DNA of 64,000 nucleotides from Utricularia gibba (GCA_002189035.1 NEEC01000025.1:1-64000), one strand, 5' to 3'; shown: positions 11,502 through 28,846, numbered from the stretch's first letter. The notes: generated by a model not told the origin, from the letters alone. Program-made: numbers and translations.

Positions 11502-14500
11502 TCACAGGTTCTGTCTGCCACTCTTTTTGGGCGGGTTCTTTATTCTTGCATTCTTGATCTTATGCTGCTGCTGGTGGGAATCGATGTGTGGCCAGCTATT
11601 GTGCGCAGTGGTAGCGGCCTGATCTCGAGATGAACCTCGTCGCAGAGAGTTTCTCTTTGGGACCTCCGAGGGGAGCTTTTGTTTGCAAGCATTCCTCTTC
11701 TTAAAGTTCAAGGCTCTAGCATTGATCATGTATTCATTGCTGGCATCAAGAATGGTGAAGTCTGCGGGGTTCCTACTGACAACACAGACTTGTGATGAGG
11801 CATCGTTTGGTGATGGCAGTTGCTTCGGATTTTCCTTTTGGATTGACTGAGTGTCTCTGGAGCACCCCTTCAGCGCTGGGATTTGAGCTGCAAACATAAA
11901 GAGGCTTCAGTAGAGATGAAGAGGCCCATATAAAAAAACTCTTGAGGGGAAAAGGGAACCTGGCAAAGGAGATCTAGTGAAACGTTCACCAGATAATGGA
12001 GCAGCGTTAAGCAACTGCGGGAGTTGCTTCGTGAGTGGAAAGAATGGCGAACCAATGAGCAGATGATCCTTCCCTTCGACAAGATTCAGATTGGGGTGCT
12101 GAATGAGAGTAGACGGGGGCTTATCTATGAAGCTACTAAAGCCACCATTTCTCAGATTCGTCAAAGACAGCAACTGCATTGCTGGGATGTCAACATTGGA
12201 ATAAGCATCCAGCAATCCAACAGAACTTGGGCCAGTTTGGATCCTTCCTTCTTTGACTGCAGAAGCATCCGGTTTCTCAATGTTGCTCATGTTGCATATG
12301 TTCTTTCCCTTGCTGAATTGGTCAGGGAGTGGATGCACAGGAAAGCCATTGGGTGGAATGAGGCAGTTCTGGCCAACACTTACATTGAAAGGCATACTCT
12401 TTCTTGATGAATGCCACAGTAAATCTGCTCTTTCGATTGTTCTTGGCTCCGATACAACCGGATGCGATCCCAGATACGCTGCATTGTACTGTTGGATTGG
12501 CACAAGGGGGTGAAGAGCCTGAACTGGCTTGTCGTCCCTGGATGGCACGCTTCCGGTTGAAAATATTTTCCCTGAGGGAAGTTCAGTGCACCCTGACCAA
12601 ATGAAGTGTTCCGATTCACAAAACTTGCAGCATTTGTCATGCTGGAATAAGGAAAGTTGATTATTCCAGGAACGCCATCCACATAGACAGCAGGAGTCTC
12701 TCCACCTGAACTAGTCATCCTCCTTGGAGAAAAATGCTGTCTCGAATTCTCGAGTTCCCTTTCTTGCTGATTTTTAGCAAGCAGCTCAACTATTTCCATA
12801 GGAATGTCGTCTACAGACCCTCCAAGCTCTGCAGTATTATCTCTGCTATTCACATCAGCTTGTCTTCTGCCTTCTACATCATCTGCTTCGGTTCCAATCA
12901 AGAACTTGCGTACCATCATCTTTTCATGTGCTAAACTACACTTCTCAACAACAGGTGGCAACTGAGTCTCTTGGATCATGGGCGTTTTCTCAATAATCGA
13001 CTCATTCAAATCCGGAATATCCCTGAGCTCAAGAGATTTTTCATCAAGCAATCTCCTTTCAGCATCACGGCTGCTGCTTAGAGAGAGGTTTAATGAGGCC
13101 TTTTCTGGGACAGGCCCTAAGATGCCAGTTGCCTTCCATAAGCTATCATATGTGGAGTTGTTTTCCAGTGCAGTTCTGTTATCCTTCTCAGCCTGCTTCT
13201 GCTTTCCCCTCTCACGGAAAATTTTGTATTTTTTGTGCTTAACTCGCCTAATACCCGAACTAACTTGCAAATCCAATCTTTCTGATGCAACTGTTTCAGC
13301 TTCTGAATCAGAAATCACTACTCCTCTAGAAGTTTTCTTGGGTTCCACATGTACCTTCGATCTTTTAGCCTCCCCCATGAGATGACTTGTCTCCAGATTT
13401 TCTCGCATGTCTTCCCGAGCTGTCCTTTTTTTCCTACATGGATTTCGTAATACTTCTCCATCCTCAGGAAGGACACCTAGCTTCGCGTCGGCTTCAGTTG
13501 TCGTAACCGTGACATGCGTTCCATTAGAAGATGCTGATCCAGTTATCATATGCCCACTTGCTGAATTTTTTTCTTCCTCCATTATATCTGCTAGAGAACG
13601 CAGCTTCTTTTTTCTCCTAGTAAGCAATGGAACAAATCCATCACTGCTTCCAGATGATCCATTATCTGGTCCATCAGCTCTTGTGGAAGGATACTCTGAA
13701 GAATATGCAAAAACTACTTCATTGCTACCAAGATTACATAGAAGCTGACTCGATAAGCTTAAAAAAAGGAGGGGAAAGAGGAAGTCACCTTCTTCTTTGT
13801 CAGGCTGATGTCTGATCCAAAACGGAATCGGCTCAGCTATATTGTCATATGGATACCTACCTCTAGATATCCTCAAAGGTCCTTGCTCCTTATTTCCTGC
13901 AGAGTTTTTGAAGATTTACGCATACGAAAAACGAATGTTGAGAAGGCAATAAAGGAACTACCAGACTCGTTTATTACACAAAAATTCCGGAAGCCGGATG
14001 TATTGGCTAGCTTCAGTATATACCTTTTCTTTTTGAATTTGACAACAAAATAGAGTCTTCCTCTTCAGCAATGGCTTTATGAGAGCTAGTTCCAGGAGCA
14101 TCATTTTGGTTTTCAGCTGGATCATTTTTCTCGGCAGTGTGTTCTGGAATGCAATGTGAACACTGCCACCAACGGAATCTGGGAACTGACAATGGAGGCA
14201 GCTTATCAGTTTCCGTTTCCGAGTGAAAAGGTGAAGGCATCTGTGGATTCTTGTTCCTAGCTTCGGCAACAAAGCCACTGCATACTCATACAAAATGCTC
14301 CCATTAAGCATTTGTATTGCAAACTTGCAGCAATTCAATCAAAATACGCACTACATGAATGACAGAGTGATAAACGCATAATGTATGCCAAATCGCATTC
14401 ACAACAGTCGATATCAGGCTTAGCACAGCCTGTACTTTGAACTCATTGGAGCAAATGCACTGTATAGAGAATGTGCTACAAAACACAGAAACCTAAGCGA

Positions 14501-14743
14501 GACAGCAGGCAACATGCCAAACAATCAACAAAGAACACTTAGAAAACACCTACCATTCAACATGGGACGTGCTTACCGTATCGAGAAATGCTCTTGCATG
14601 GGTGGTTCAATCTCTTCCATAGGACAACAGATGTCTATAGCAATTGAGTTAATCTGGATGACTGAGACTGCAGACTTTGATGTGGAAGCCGGAGACTCAT
14701 TCTTCATCGGACTCCCTTCTGCAGATGAATTGCCCTTCTCCAT
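11502..14743 (-). CDS. EMF1: EMBRYONIC FLOWER 1-like Polycomb-associated protein; multi-exon; apparent -1 frameshift at 12506-12510
   Basis: IQINSIAIDIC..EHFSIR|GFVAEAR, LPPLSVPRFRWWQCSHC, RRKKKLRSLADIM, DDIPMEIVELLAKNQQER and C-terminal SRNPADFTI..NEYMI match EMF1 motifs. The in-frame stop at 11907-11909 lies inside a ~72-nt GT-AG intron. Confidence 0.88.
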
Positions 14744-17700
14744 TTCGAATCAACTAAATGCACCAGATCAAAGAATTAGCTTAGGAATTCTACATGTACA
14801 TACTTTATGAACAAAGCAGCAAACCTAGCTTATCAATCCAAACATCATACAATCAAGCAAACAAAGTAAATAGAAACAAGTTAATGGTAACTGCAGTTTC
14901 AACTAAGATCCATAGAGCATGTAGACCAACATAGTTAAGGACAACCCACGAAACCCTAGTTATCCAATTAGCTCAAGAAGACAACTAAAACAAATGAAGC
15001 TTCGACCTTTTCCATTCACCCGTCAATGCAAATGCTAAAGAACTCATAAACAAGTAACAAAAGACCCCAAATGAAAAATTAGGGTTTTTAAAATCACGGT
15101 ATTCATACAATTCTAATCTACTCCTGGTTTCAACAGGAACCCATGAAAACCCATCAGCTAGCGATCTAAACTCAAAACCCGCATAGAATGGTCAATAAAA
15201 GTTGCGAAAAGAACAAAGCTTGCAATAATTAAGCAAAACCCAGCTTAACAAATTAGGGTTTAATAGGACACATGTAACCGTTACTTCGCAAGCTTCACTA
15301 CCCGCACACCACAAACAATTAACTGTACTGCAAACCTCACATAAAATGACGACGAAATCGGAACCCAGAAGAAAAAGAGAGGAAATCCCTTTTTTCAAAA
15401 CTAAATAAAAGAAAAAAAACAAAAACCCACTTGGGTAAAAATTGACGTATTTAATGAAAAAGAAAAAAAAAACTAGAAAGCAACGCTCAAGCAGCTACTT
15501 CAACAGAGACTATTACCAAGACAAGAGAAGATCTATTCGGACAAGAAAAAAAAATAGACTCCAAAGTAGGACGAACGAACCTCCCTCTCCCTTGTCCGAA
15601 AACCCAGATCAAAACCAGCAACCCACAGATTCCCTCCAAAACCCATCAACTGCGCGAAGCTCGCGACTCCACATCCTATCTCCGAGCTGGATTCGAACCG
15701 GTTGGCTGCAATTGAACCGAACCGAAGCCCTAGTAGATCGTTTTAGGTCTGAACTGTGGAGGAGAAATGGGTTCCCGAGGGAAGAGAGAGAAAGGAAGCA
15801 AGAGAGAGAGGGGAAAAAGGAATAATGGAAACGGGGACACAAGACTGAGGGACAGTGGTGCATTTGTTCGTAAAATTTTTAACGCCTGTCCTAAAATCCT
15901 ACGTATACTTATACGATCTTGTCGCGTATATCAAAAAATAAAAAATAAAAATAAAAATAGAAAAAAATGGAAGATGAGACGGAAGAATGAATACGTACGT
16001 TTTCTCCTTTTATAGTCCTATTTTTTGCATACTTAACGCCGGAGAACCCTAAGCACGCGAGGAGGAGGAGAGTGGGATCCACGCGCGAGGGACCGGGAAG
16101 TCGTTGTACGTCGCTGTCACGTCAAAGTGTGGTCCACGCACTTACCATGGACGCGATTGGTGCGTGTGGGACACGTCCTCAGAATTGTGGTGCTGCCTAT
16201 TTTTCGTTGAGAACCCTAAATTTGCTGGCAATAAAAGGAGAAACCTAAATAAATGTGGGGATAACCCTAAAAGCTTTTGTTTGGATTAATATTACCTTTT
16301 TGCCCTCTCCACCGAAGAATCACAGAGGATTATTCGACTCCAGGTGGAGTGGAGTTCATTATGCCCAATAAATTCGACTTATTTTGTGGAAAATTAATGT
16401 AATATAAAAAATTTGTGCAGCGGAAAACAATTAAACCAAATTTATGGTATTAATGCTTAATACGAATAATATTTATTAATCCCAAAATGTATTTGTATTT
16501 TCCAAAAAACGAGGGGGTCAACATGCAACTCTCAAAAAGTAAGGGTATGGTATTACGTCTTTCCGTACTGTTAAACACAAATCCCAGGCGTAGCGAATTT
16601 CCCTGATCAGAAAAAACGAGCCACTCCCAGGCATGCTTCGTAGCAGAGTTGCCGTGAAGAAACGAATATCGAAAAGATCATGTATTTAGGAGATTAGGGA
16701 AGAGCTGGGAGGTGTTGCTGTGGTGTGGGGCGGATGGTGGGAGCTCGAGATTTTTAAGCTAGCAACTCCACGATCCAGATGAAGAAAACCAGCGGCGGGA
16801 GCTGCTGCTGATCCTTGGATTTAATGCATTCGTGTCAGCATGGTGACGTGACTCATTGCATTGACCCGATCTAAGCGTCTGTCACCTGCTTCGCACCCTA
16901 CATCGTCCTGCGGCGACTAAAATCAACGAGGCCTCCTGTCAAAGTTATACAACCCTGCGATTCAACCCGCATTCTGGTTTTGATTAGTGTCTGATGATGT
17001 AAAATTAGCTCTGCCGGAGCCACAGAAGGGAGTATAAGATCGGCAGTTTCTGAAATGGCACAGGGGAGAAAAGCGGTACCTCAAGCTTTCCTCCGGGGTG
17101 TTTCACCTCTGAGACGTGCAAGCCCACATTCTGAAATGGGTTCCCTGTAGTGCAGCGCTTTACTACACAGCGGAGGACCGGTACGAACCCCAGCCCTAGT
17201 TCAATTGCCAAGACTGTCAAAAAACCTTCCTTTGCAAAGATCACTCGACTTTTATGTATTGATTCGTGCAAACGAATGGGTTTTGGGGGTTAACCGCTAA
17301 TGTTGTATCCGAATTCCCCTAAATCCTTCTGATCTAAACAACGATTGCGAGCACATTGCACGGGGCACTGGAATCCTATTCTGCACCAAAACCCAACCCC
17401 CGGCCGCCGTTGAGCAAAAGCCCTCTTAATTACACGCCTTTTCGTACGCCCCTCCGCTGCCGGCAGAGCCACGCCTTGGAATTCACATCCCGTAGGGCAC
17501 ATTCAGACTCCGAAGAGGTTTCACCCTTTCATTCATAATAATTGTCTTGTAATTTTAAATTCATTATGCATATTTATAAAGACTCGAGTGTTTTAAATTT
17601 CACATTTACGTATTTTATCAGAAATAAAAAAAATACCTCCATTTTTCAAAAATTCGGATTAGAAACAAATATTTGCTTAAAAATGGGGCAAAATGCAAAT

Positions 17701-18143
17701 AACGATACTGTGGAGAGTAATTTTGCATCATCCTCAGGACTTCAAACAATAATTATTGCAAAGCCCCACTTCGTCATATTTATTTTTCACCACCCCAACC
17801 TTGGGGCAAATTTGACGATATCTGAAAAATTTGACCATTTTGAATATAAAGTTGTTATATTATTATGTTAAATAAAAGTAAAATGGTTGTATTAACTAAA
17901 AGCTCGACGAGACGCTCCCTCAGCACCTGTCCTTGTCCTTTGTCCGTGACGTGGAGCGCTCTCGCCAACTCAATTTCAAAACGTATTCATTATCTTTTAG
18001 TTTTTTATTTTTTTATGTGAAAAATAAGGGGTCATTGTGTTTTTATTTAATTGTTTTTTATATGATAAGATTTCAGAATAGGTTGAATAACAATAGGATT
18101 ACATTAAGCTCGTTAGGTTGTAATTGAGCTTGGTTGTTCTTTA

Positions 18144-18361
18144 GGTTCCGATTGTGCTCGCACGCACAGTTGTGACTCCGGTCCGGCGACTGACGGAGAA
18201 CGGCGAGGGTGAGCCGTCAGTCGTACTGTCGACGCGATCGGAACGGTGAGTGTCTCTCACGTGATGGGCAGTCTGTCGCCGGGCCTCTACAGTATTGTGG
18301 GGAAGATGGTACATGGGTGTTGTATAGTGTAGGCCATACTTTGAACCCAGTCGCCGGAACC
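18144..18361. mobile_element. Possible 218-bp MITE-like element (or structured non-coding element) with terminal inverted repeats and flanking TA
   Basis: TA|GGTTCCG...CGGAACC|TA ends; CCGGCGACTG (18183-18192) pairs with CAGTCGCCGG (18348-18357); internal perfect 10-bp stem 18187-18196/18214-18223. No second copy in the window. Confidence 0.3.
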
Positions 18362-18973
18362 TACCCGAGGCACCGTACCTTTGGCCGCCGCCTTGGGGGT
18401 GGTGGTTTACCATCCATGCAACCCCTAATCAATTATTTTTAAATTTCAATTTGTAAATTATTGAATAAAAATATATTTGATTGATAAATTGTAATATTTT
18501 AAATTGTTTAAAATAGAAATTGTTCGTAATTAAAATTATAATTGTTATTTTATTGTTTCTGTTTTTTATGTTGGGAAGTGGATATGTTTTATATTTAATT
18601 ATCGAAAAATTAATTAAATATAAACCTTTAATTAAGGTGATTTGTCGGATTTTTTTAGGATTATCACATTAAAAAATATGTACATGATGGGACCCACACA
18701 TCCATTGCCTCGAGCTGCGTGACGAGGTGCGCTTTGTTTAGCTCGAAAAGATATTCCTGATGATGGAATATAATTTTTTTGTTTATTGCAACAAAGAAAA
18801 ATATTGGCGTAAAATAAAGTGAATACGTAGGTACGGAATTAGGTCAAAAGGTTAAAATCAATTTTAAAAACCAACTTGGGGATTTTTTTAACGTTTTCTT
18901 TAGGGTGAACGTGATCTTACTTTACGATTTCCCAAGCGGTGGGCTTGAGCGTGGGGCCACATCCCATTCTCGG

Positions 18974-18982
18974 TATATAAAG
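18974..18982 (+). promoter_or_regulatory. TATA box of the aspartate aminotransferase gene
   Basis: TATATAAAA ~65 nt upstream of ATG 19048. Confidence 0.6.
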
Positions 18983-19047
18983 GAGTGCCTTCTTACTGCA
19001 ACTTCCGGAGGGAGCGAAAACGCGGAGCGTCGTGCTGAGAAATAGAG

Positions 19048-21735
<2,688 letters not shown>

Positions 21736-22385
21736 ATCGTCCACCGACTATCTGCGTGTTGATATAGTCACCGCGTAATAATAATCATAATAATGCCCTT
21801 TCCATATGACCAGTAACAGACAACAGTGGATAATCCACACAACTCCTCAGTGAATTGTGCTTGGGCCGTCGTGCGCCTCGGGCCCAACAGCAAGCAATTC
21901 CATTAAAACCCACTACCAGCTATAGGAATTAATAATTATAAGATAGATATGGTGTTATGGGAATTACAAATTAGTCTTCGAAAATTACTTTTAATAAACC
22001 ATAAATTGAATTTCTATAATTTTTTTAAAATAATAAGAGCTATTAGATTTATGTATATTAAAATTAGTTTATATTTAATAATAAATTGTTTTAGGAACAA
22101 AGCCATACATTTGTGTGAATGGCAAATGCCTTTGAAAACAGTGAAAATTGATGATATGTATTTTTCTCATTTTTTGAATATTATTTGTGAAATAGTTATA
22201 GGGAATAAGTGGGGGATAAATTCAGGGGGGTCATTATGGTTGCATTACGCCATTGATTTTTGTTTTTTTGTTTTTTTTTTTTCTCACGGACTGTGATCGC
22301 TTTTCCTCGGAAGAAAAACAAGGCACGGTGATCGCTCTCCTTTGGGGTGTGAAGTAATTGGGTTTAGAGGAATCTTCAGGTAGCA

Positions 22386-25300
22386 ATGCCGCCTCCAACT
22401 CCATCCCACCGATCTCCTTCGCCGTCGCAGCCGTCCGGGTAATTTTGGATTCCTGCGTGCTCCAGCACTGTTGTTGTTTGTGAATTCTTGTGTCGTATCG
22501 TTCCGGGCGGATGATTTGAAGTCCGCTGGTGGTATTTAAGGCTGCAATTGCCCAAACCTTTACGGCACTCTCATCGTTGAGCTTTGATGTTTATTTGGAG
22601 TCTTTTGGGTTAGGGAAAAAAATAGATTTTAGTTCTTTGTTGACCCAGTTTGTTTGCGTATATCTTCTTTCGGTATGGTGGAGTGAGTTTTGGAATGAAT
22701 TCGGGGACAAGCATATGACTACACATACGAATCCCCTCGATAAAGCTGCTATCTGTTTTCAATTCGCTTCTATTTCTTAAGGGCGTCACAAATGGATGAA
22801 TCAGACAAGTCATCTGACTGTGTAACTGAATCTGTTCAATCCGTTTCCCTTCTTTTTACATGGTAAAAACGGGTGCTTTATGTGAAGTGTGCATGTCGAT
22901 GAACATATTTAAATTTGGAATTTGGATTTTCAGATGAGTAGATGTTAGATTGCTGACTTTGTAATATTGTAGGAAAGGAGAGGTTTCAGATGTTAAAGCG
23001 CAGCTTCGAAACCTGGCAGGAAGCCGGGCTCCTGGAACAGATGATTCAAAAAGGGAGCTGTTCAAGAAGGTCATTTCTTACATGACTATTGGGATAGATG
23101 TGTCATCTGTTTTCAGCGAAATGGTGATGTGCTCAGCAACCTCAGATATCGTTCTGAAAAAGATGTGTTACCTGTACGTTGGAAACTATGCTAAGCACAA
23201 TCCCGATCTTGCACTCTTGACCATCAATTTCCTTCAGAGAGACTGCAAAGATGAGGACCCAATGATTAGGGGTTTGGCTTTGAGAAGTTTGTGTTCCTTG
23301 GGTGTTCCAAACTTGGTGGAATACTTGGTGGGACCACTTGGAAATGGCTTGAAAGATATAAACAGCTATGTTAGGATGGTTGCTGCTGTTGGAGTGCTTA
23401 AGCTGTATCATATTTCAGCTTCAACATGTCTGGATGCTGATTTTCCAGCTTTGCTCAAGCACTTGATGCTCAAAGACAAAGATGCACAGGTTTGTTAAGT
23501 TGTGTTCTGTTTTAGGTTTGGCGTGCTCTTGCTAATATTGCACAGTGCCTTTGTTAACGGTTATTTTAACAGGTTATTATCAACTGTTTGGTTTCTCTTC
23601 AAGAGATCTGGGGTCTGGAGGCTGCTAAATCTGAGGAGATGGCAAAGGACAGAGAAGCTTTGCACAGCAAGCCCATGATATATTACTTTTTAAATAGGTA
23701 ATAAATCAAGAATTTATTTACTTCAAGCATTGAAGTCTTGTTATTTTCAGAAGATACAAATTCTGGCATTTCAATCTCTTTCATTTCAGCTTTGCATATT
23801 TCTTGGTCATCAAAGGATAAAATAATCTCTCTGCAGTTTGCTTTTTCTTTTTTTGGCTTATCCAGCCATGGCACACCCACCCCCCGCACCCGCACTTTCA
23901 CCAGTCCAACAATTGTTTGTGTGGTGTTGTTTCCATGGTTGAGAAAACTCCCCTGATTGCAATTCGATGGGTGCAGAATGAAGGAGTTCAATGAATGGGC
24001 ACAGTGTATTATTTTGGAACTGGTTTCGAAGTATATTCCAGCAGACAGTGATGAGATCTTTGACATTATGAATCTTCTTGAAGACCGTCTTCAACATGCT
24101 AATGGTGCAGTTGTGTTAGCCACTATTAAGGTGTTCTTGCATATGACCCTATCCATGACTGATGTCCATCAGCAGGTACTTAGTTTTAATACAACAAAAA
24201 AATTCAGTTGCGGATAACTTCAGATCTGGATCATGATGCACTATCTTCTGTAGGTGTATGAGCGAATTAAAGCCCCGCTGCTCACTTTGGCAAGCTCTGG
24301 GAGTCCAGAACAGTCATACGCTGTTCTGGCTCACCTTCATTTGCTAGTTATGCGGGCTCCTTTCATTTTCTCTTCAGACTACAAGCACTTTTACTGCCAG
24401 TATAATGAACCGTTTTATGTAAAAAAATTGAAGCTTGAGATGTTGACTGCTGTTGCAAATGAGAGTAACACGTATGAGATAGGTAAATGCCAGAAGCAAA
24501 TATTTGGAACCTTGTATCCCATGAAGAATTATTGCCGCTGGTCACTGATGACCTTCCATTTTGATCGTATTGCAGTAACTGAGCTGTGTGAGTATGTTGC
24601 GAATGTTGACATTCCAATAGCTAGAGAATCCATTCGAGCTGTTGGAAAAATTGCTTTGCAACAATATGATGTCAATGCCATTGTTGATCGTCTACTTCAA
24701 TTTTTGGAAATGGAAAAGGCCCATGTAACTGCTGAAACTCTTGTGAGTATTTTTTTCACCGCTTTTTCCTGATGATTATGTTGGCGAAGTATAATTCTTT
24801 GGTTCTACAAAAAGCATGATTGTCATGTCCATAAAGAGGCTTGAGTTGATAATTTGTTTGGGTAGGTTCTTGTGAAGGATCTGCTCAGGAAATATCCTCA
24901 ATGGAGTCATGACTGCATTGCTGTTATCGGAAATATCAGTAGCAGCAACATTCAGGAACCGAAAGCAAAGGCAGCTCTTATATGGATGCTGGGAGAATAT
25001 GCTCAAGACATGCCAGATAGTCCTTATATTTTAGAAAGTCTTATTGAGAACTGGGATGAGGAGACCTCTGCAGAGGTGATCCGAACAACTATGCTGTTCT
25101 TTATTTCCTACTTTTCACTTGATTTACCACATTGCAAGTTGGAAGGAATGAGTAGAAGTATAGTTTATTAAGATGGTATGTTATCATTCTGTATGTTCTA
25201 CAGGTTCGCCTCCACCTTCTCACTGCAGCAATGAGGTGCTTCCTGAGAAGACCGCCAGAGACCCAAAAGGCCCTTGGAGCTGCTCTGGCTGCAGGCGTTT

Positions 25301-26571
25301 CTGATTTTCATCAGGTATGTGACTCAATTTCAACTTTATGGAACACGAAATGTGATAATTTCAGACATTTAGCGGTATCAACTAAGTCCCTCTTCGCAGG
25401 ATGTTCGTGATAGAGCAATGTTCTATTATAGGCTCTTAAGGCATGATGTTTCTATTGCTCAACGTATCGTAGATCCTCCAAAACAAGCTGTCTCAGTCTT
25501 TGCTGACAAACAAAGCAATGAAATTAAAGATCGCATCTTTGATGAATTTAATAGTCTCTCCGTTATATACGAAAAGGTAATTCCACTCACTGCTTCTCCA
25601 TTCTTCATTCAGCCAGTAGAGAATTTACTAGAAACTGTCAAGACATGTTTAGTACCATCCATATAACAGAATTTTCTCTGTTAAGTGGGGATAATTTACT
25701 GATGGAAGTTTGTATTTCCAGCCATCCTTTTTATTCACAGACAAGGAACACAGAGGGCCATTTGCTTTCTCGGAGGAATTTGGGAATGTCTCAATCAGCG
25801 CAGAACCTGAAAATGAAGCAGTTGCAGCTCAAGGTGTTGAAGAAAACGATCAGGACTTGCTGCTAAGCATTTCAGACAAGGAAGATAATCAAGTCTATGG
25901 TAATAATGGCTCCGCATACAACGCCCCGTCTTACAACACAACCGGTGCTTCTCAAGGTTATTTGGACCTGGACCTTGTGTTGCTGGACCAACCATCTTCC
26001 ATATCCACTACTAGTAGCTCAGCGATCGACGAGTTGCTTGGTCTGGGGATTCCAGGAGCACACCCTGCTTCGCAGCCGCCTGTGCCTCCACCCCCTGCTT
26101 TGCAGCTCAACGATAAAGCTTCTATAGACCCTAATGCCTTCCAACAGAAATGGCGTCAGCTTCCCGTGTCCCTCACCCAGGTTTCTTTAGGAGTTCTGTT
26201 TTTTGTGGTGCATAAACATCGAATCATGCATCAATCAATGTGTACTTGTCTTGAAGTTGCTCATGTTCCTCCGGTTTCAGGAAATGCTGATGGATCCTCG
26301 AGGAGTTGCAGCGATGGCAAATCCAAAGGCCCTCCCCCAACACATGCAAAGCCACAAAATTCAGTGCGTGGCATCGGGAATCCATGCCCCGAATTTCAAG
26401 TTCTTTTTCTTTGCTCAAAAAGCAGCAGAGCCCTCAAGCTATCTCATGGAGTGCATCATCAACTCGTCGTCATGTAAGGTGCAACTAAAGATCAAGGCTG
26501 ATGATGGAGCTACATCTCAAGCATTCTCAGAGATGTTCCAATCTGCTCTCTCCAGACTCACCTTGCTCTAG
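22386..26571 (+). CDS. AP4B: AP-4 complex beta subunit (beta-adaptin-like protein A), multi-exon
   Basis: MTIGIDVSSVFSEMVMCSATSDIVLKKMCYLY, DEDPMIRGLALRSLCSL, DRLQHANGAVVLA, LWMLGEY-like, DEFNSLSV and C-terminal appendage (FQQKWRQLP, FKFFFFAQK). Confidence 0.95.
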
Positions 26572-27088
26572 ATCTTGCCTTTGTTATGCTCCCATTCCGT
26601 GCTTCCCACAATGGACATACTTGTCTGTGTGTTCTCTCTTCCTGAACTCACCAAAAATATCATCATTTTTTCAAATCTATGTTTATTTCATGATCTTCCT
26701 ACAGGCAAGTTGGCTGTTCACACCAGCAAGAGCATCATGTTCATTCATTCAAAGATTCACTGTTACATCACCCGTTTCTCTTCCCCAGGCTTTCTCGCCT
26801 TGTTATCTACTCCCAGCGCAGCGGCGTGGCCGTAAGCACCCGTATTCTGAGCATGGATTCTACTCTGGAAATCTATGTATATATAAAATCTTTTTATCTT
26901 GGTTAAAGAAAAGGAATTCGAAAAGGAGATAACTTTGCCTTCTTCAGAGTAGCACTGCAACGAAACCAGCATGCGAAAAAAGAATTGAAAGTTAACTAGC
27001 ATCATGGACAAAGACTCAGTCAGTGCTTCGGTAAAAGCAGGAGACTTTCATGCACAGAGACTGGAGAAGGCGGAGCCAGAGAGTGACC

Positions 27089-28213
<1,125 letters not shown>

Positions 28214-28286
28214 GACTTCTTGGTCCGCTGGCGGCGATCGGGATTTCGACGGCGGTTGTTTGGAATGATGGATGGATAGATAGTAC

Positions 28287-28375
28287 TAGGGTTTCGAAAC
28301 AAACAACAGATTGGTTGTCGAGCCCAAACTATTATTCCAATCAAGCCCAGGCCCAACTACAGCAGTATATATATA
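28287..28375. promoter_or_regulatory. Bidirectional ribosome-biogenesis-type promoter: telo-box, three site II motifs, TATA-like run
   Basis: TAGGGTTT 28287-28294; AGCCCA 28321 and 28344, GGCCCA 28350; TATATATATA 28366-28375; lies between RPL11 (-) and the snoRNA cluster (+). Confidence 0.65.
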
Positions 28376-28533
28376 GCCTAACACTCGGCGACCTCAAATC
28401 AGCTGGTCAGAGGCGCCGCTGTAAGCCCTCCGGCGGCCGGCGTGTTAAAATTCCTCCTCGTCACTTCGGATTTGTGGAGTTTCTTCTACTCTTAGTGAAT
28501 TTTCAGATTTGCGGTTCCTTTGGTTCAATTCTT

Positions 28534-28616
28534 GTCCCTGTGATGTTTACCGTCCATGCTAATTCCGACACAGTGGATGACGGAAATCGGTTTTCTCTAT
28601 AGTATTCTGACGGGAC
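28534..28616 (+). ncRNA. snoR53Y: Box C/D snoRNA, snR53/snoR53Y-type guide (18S Am796-equivalent)
   Basis: Terminal stem GTCCC/GGGAC, box C GTGATGT 28540, D' CCGA 28565, C' TGGATGA 28574, D CTGA 28607. Guide TCCATGCTAAT just upstream of D' is complementary to ATTAGCATGG of 18S rRNA and, from memory, matches the yeast snR53 guide. Confidence 0.75.
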
Positions 28617-28846
28617 GCTATCAGTATTCGTTTTGCTTTCCTGTTTCCCAATAGGTTTTGAATGCCAATTCGCAGAGCAAGTGCGCCACGACAATGGCGA
28701 ATCCTTGCATTGAAGGTTGGCGAAATCCCCTCGATTCTCCGTGCCTATCAAATCGAACACTCGAGTTTTGACTACGGCCTCGAACAAATCGATAAATTCT
28801 CCCCCACCATTCTTCTTCCTCTTTTTTTCAGTTCCATTGAACAACG

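Noticed and set aside
11907-11909. In-frame TGA in EMF1 suggesting a pseudogene
   Set aside because: It lies in a ~72-nt GT-AG intron whose removal keeps the frame (LP|AQIPAL).
15689-15699. GGTTCGAATCC (minus strand), tRNA T-loop/B-box-like
   Set aside because: T-stem does not pair fully and there is no A-box, acceptor stem or anticodon arm; it lies in the EMF1 leader.
28435-28446. GGCCGGCGTGTT, resembling a conserved stretch I recall from plant telomerase RNA
   Set aside because: No telomeric template, no pairing G/C runs for the pseudoknot and no USE element upstream; the region is better explained as the snoRNA host leader.
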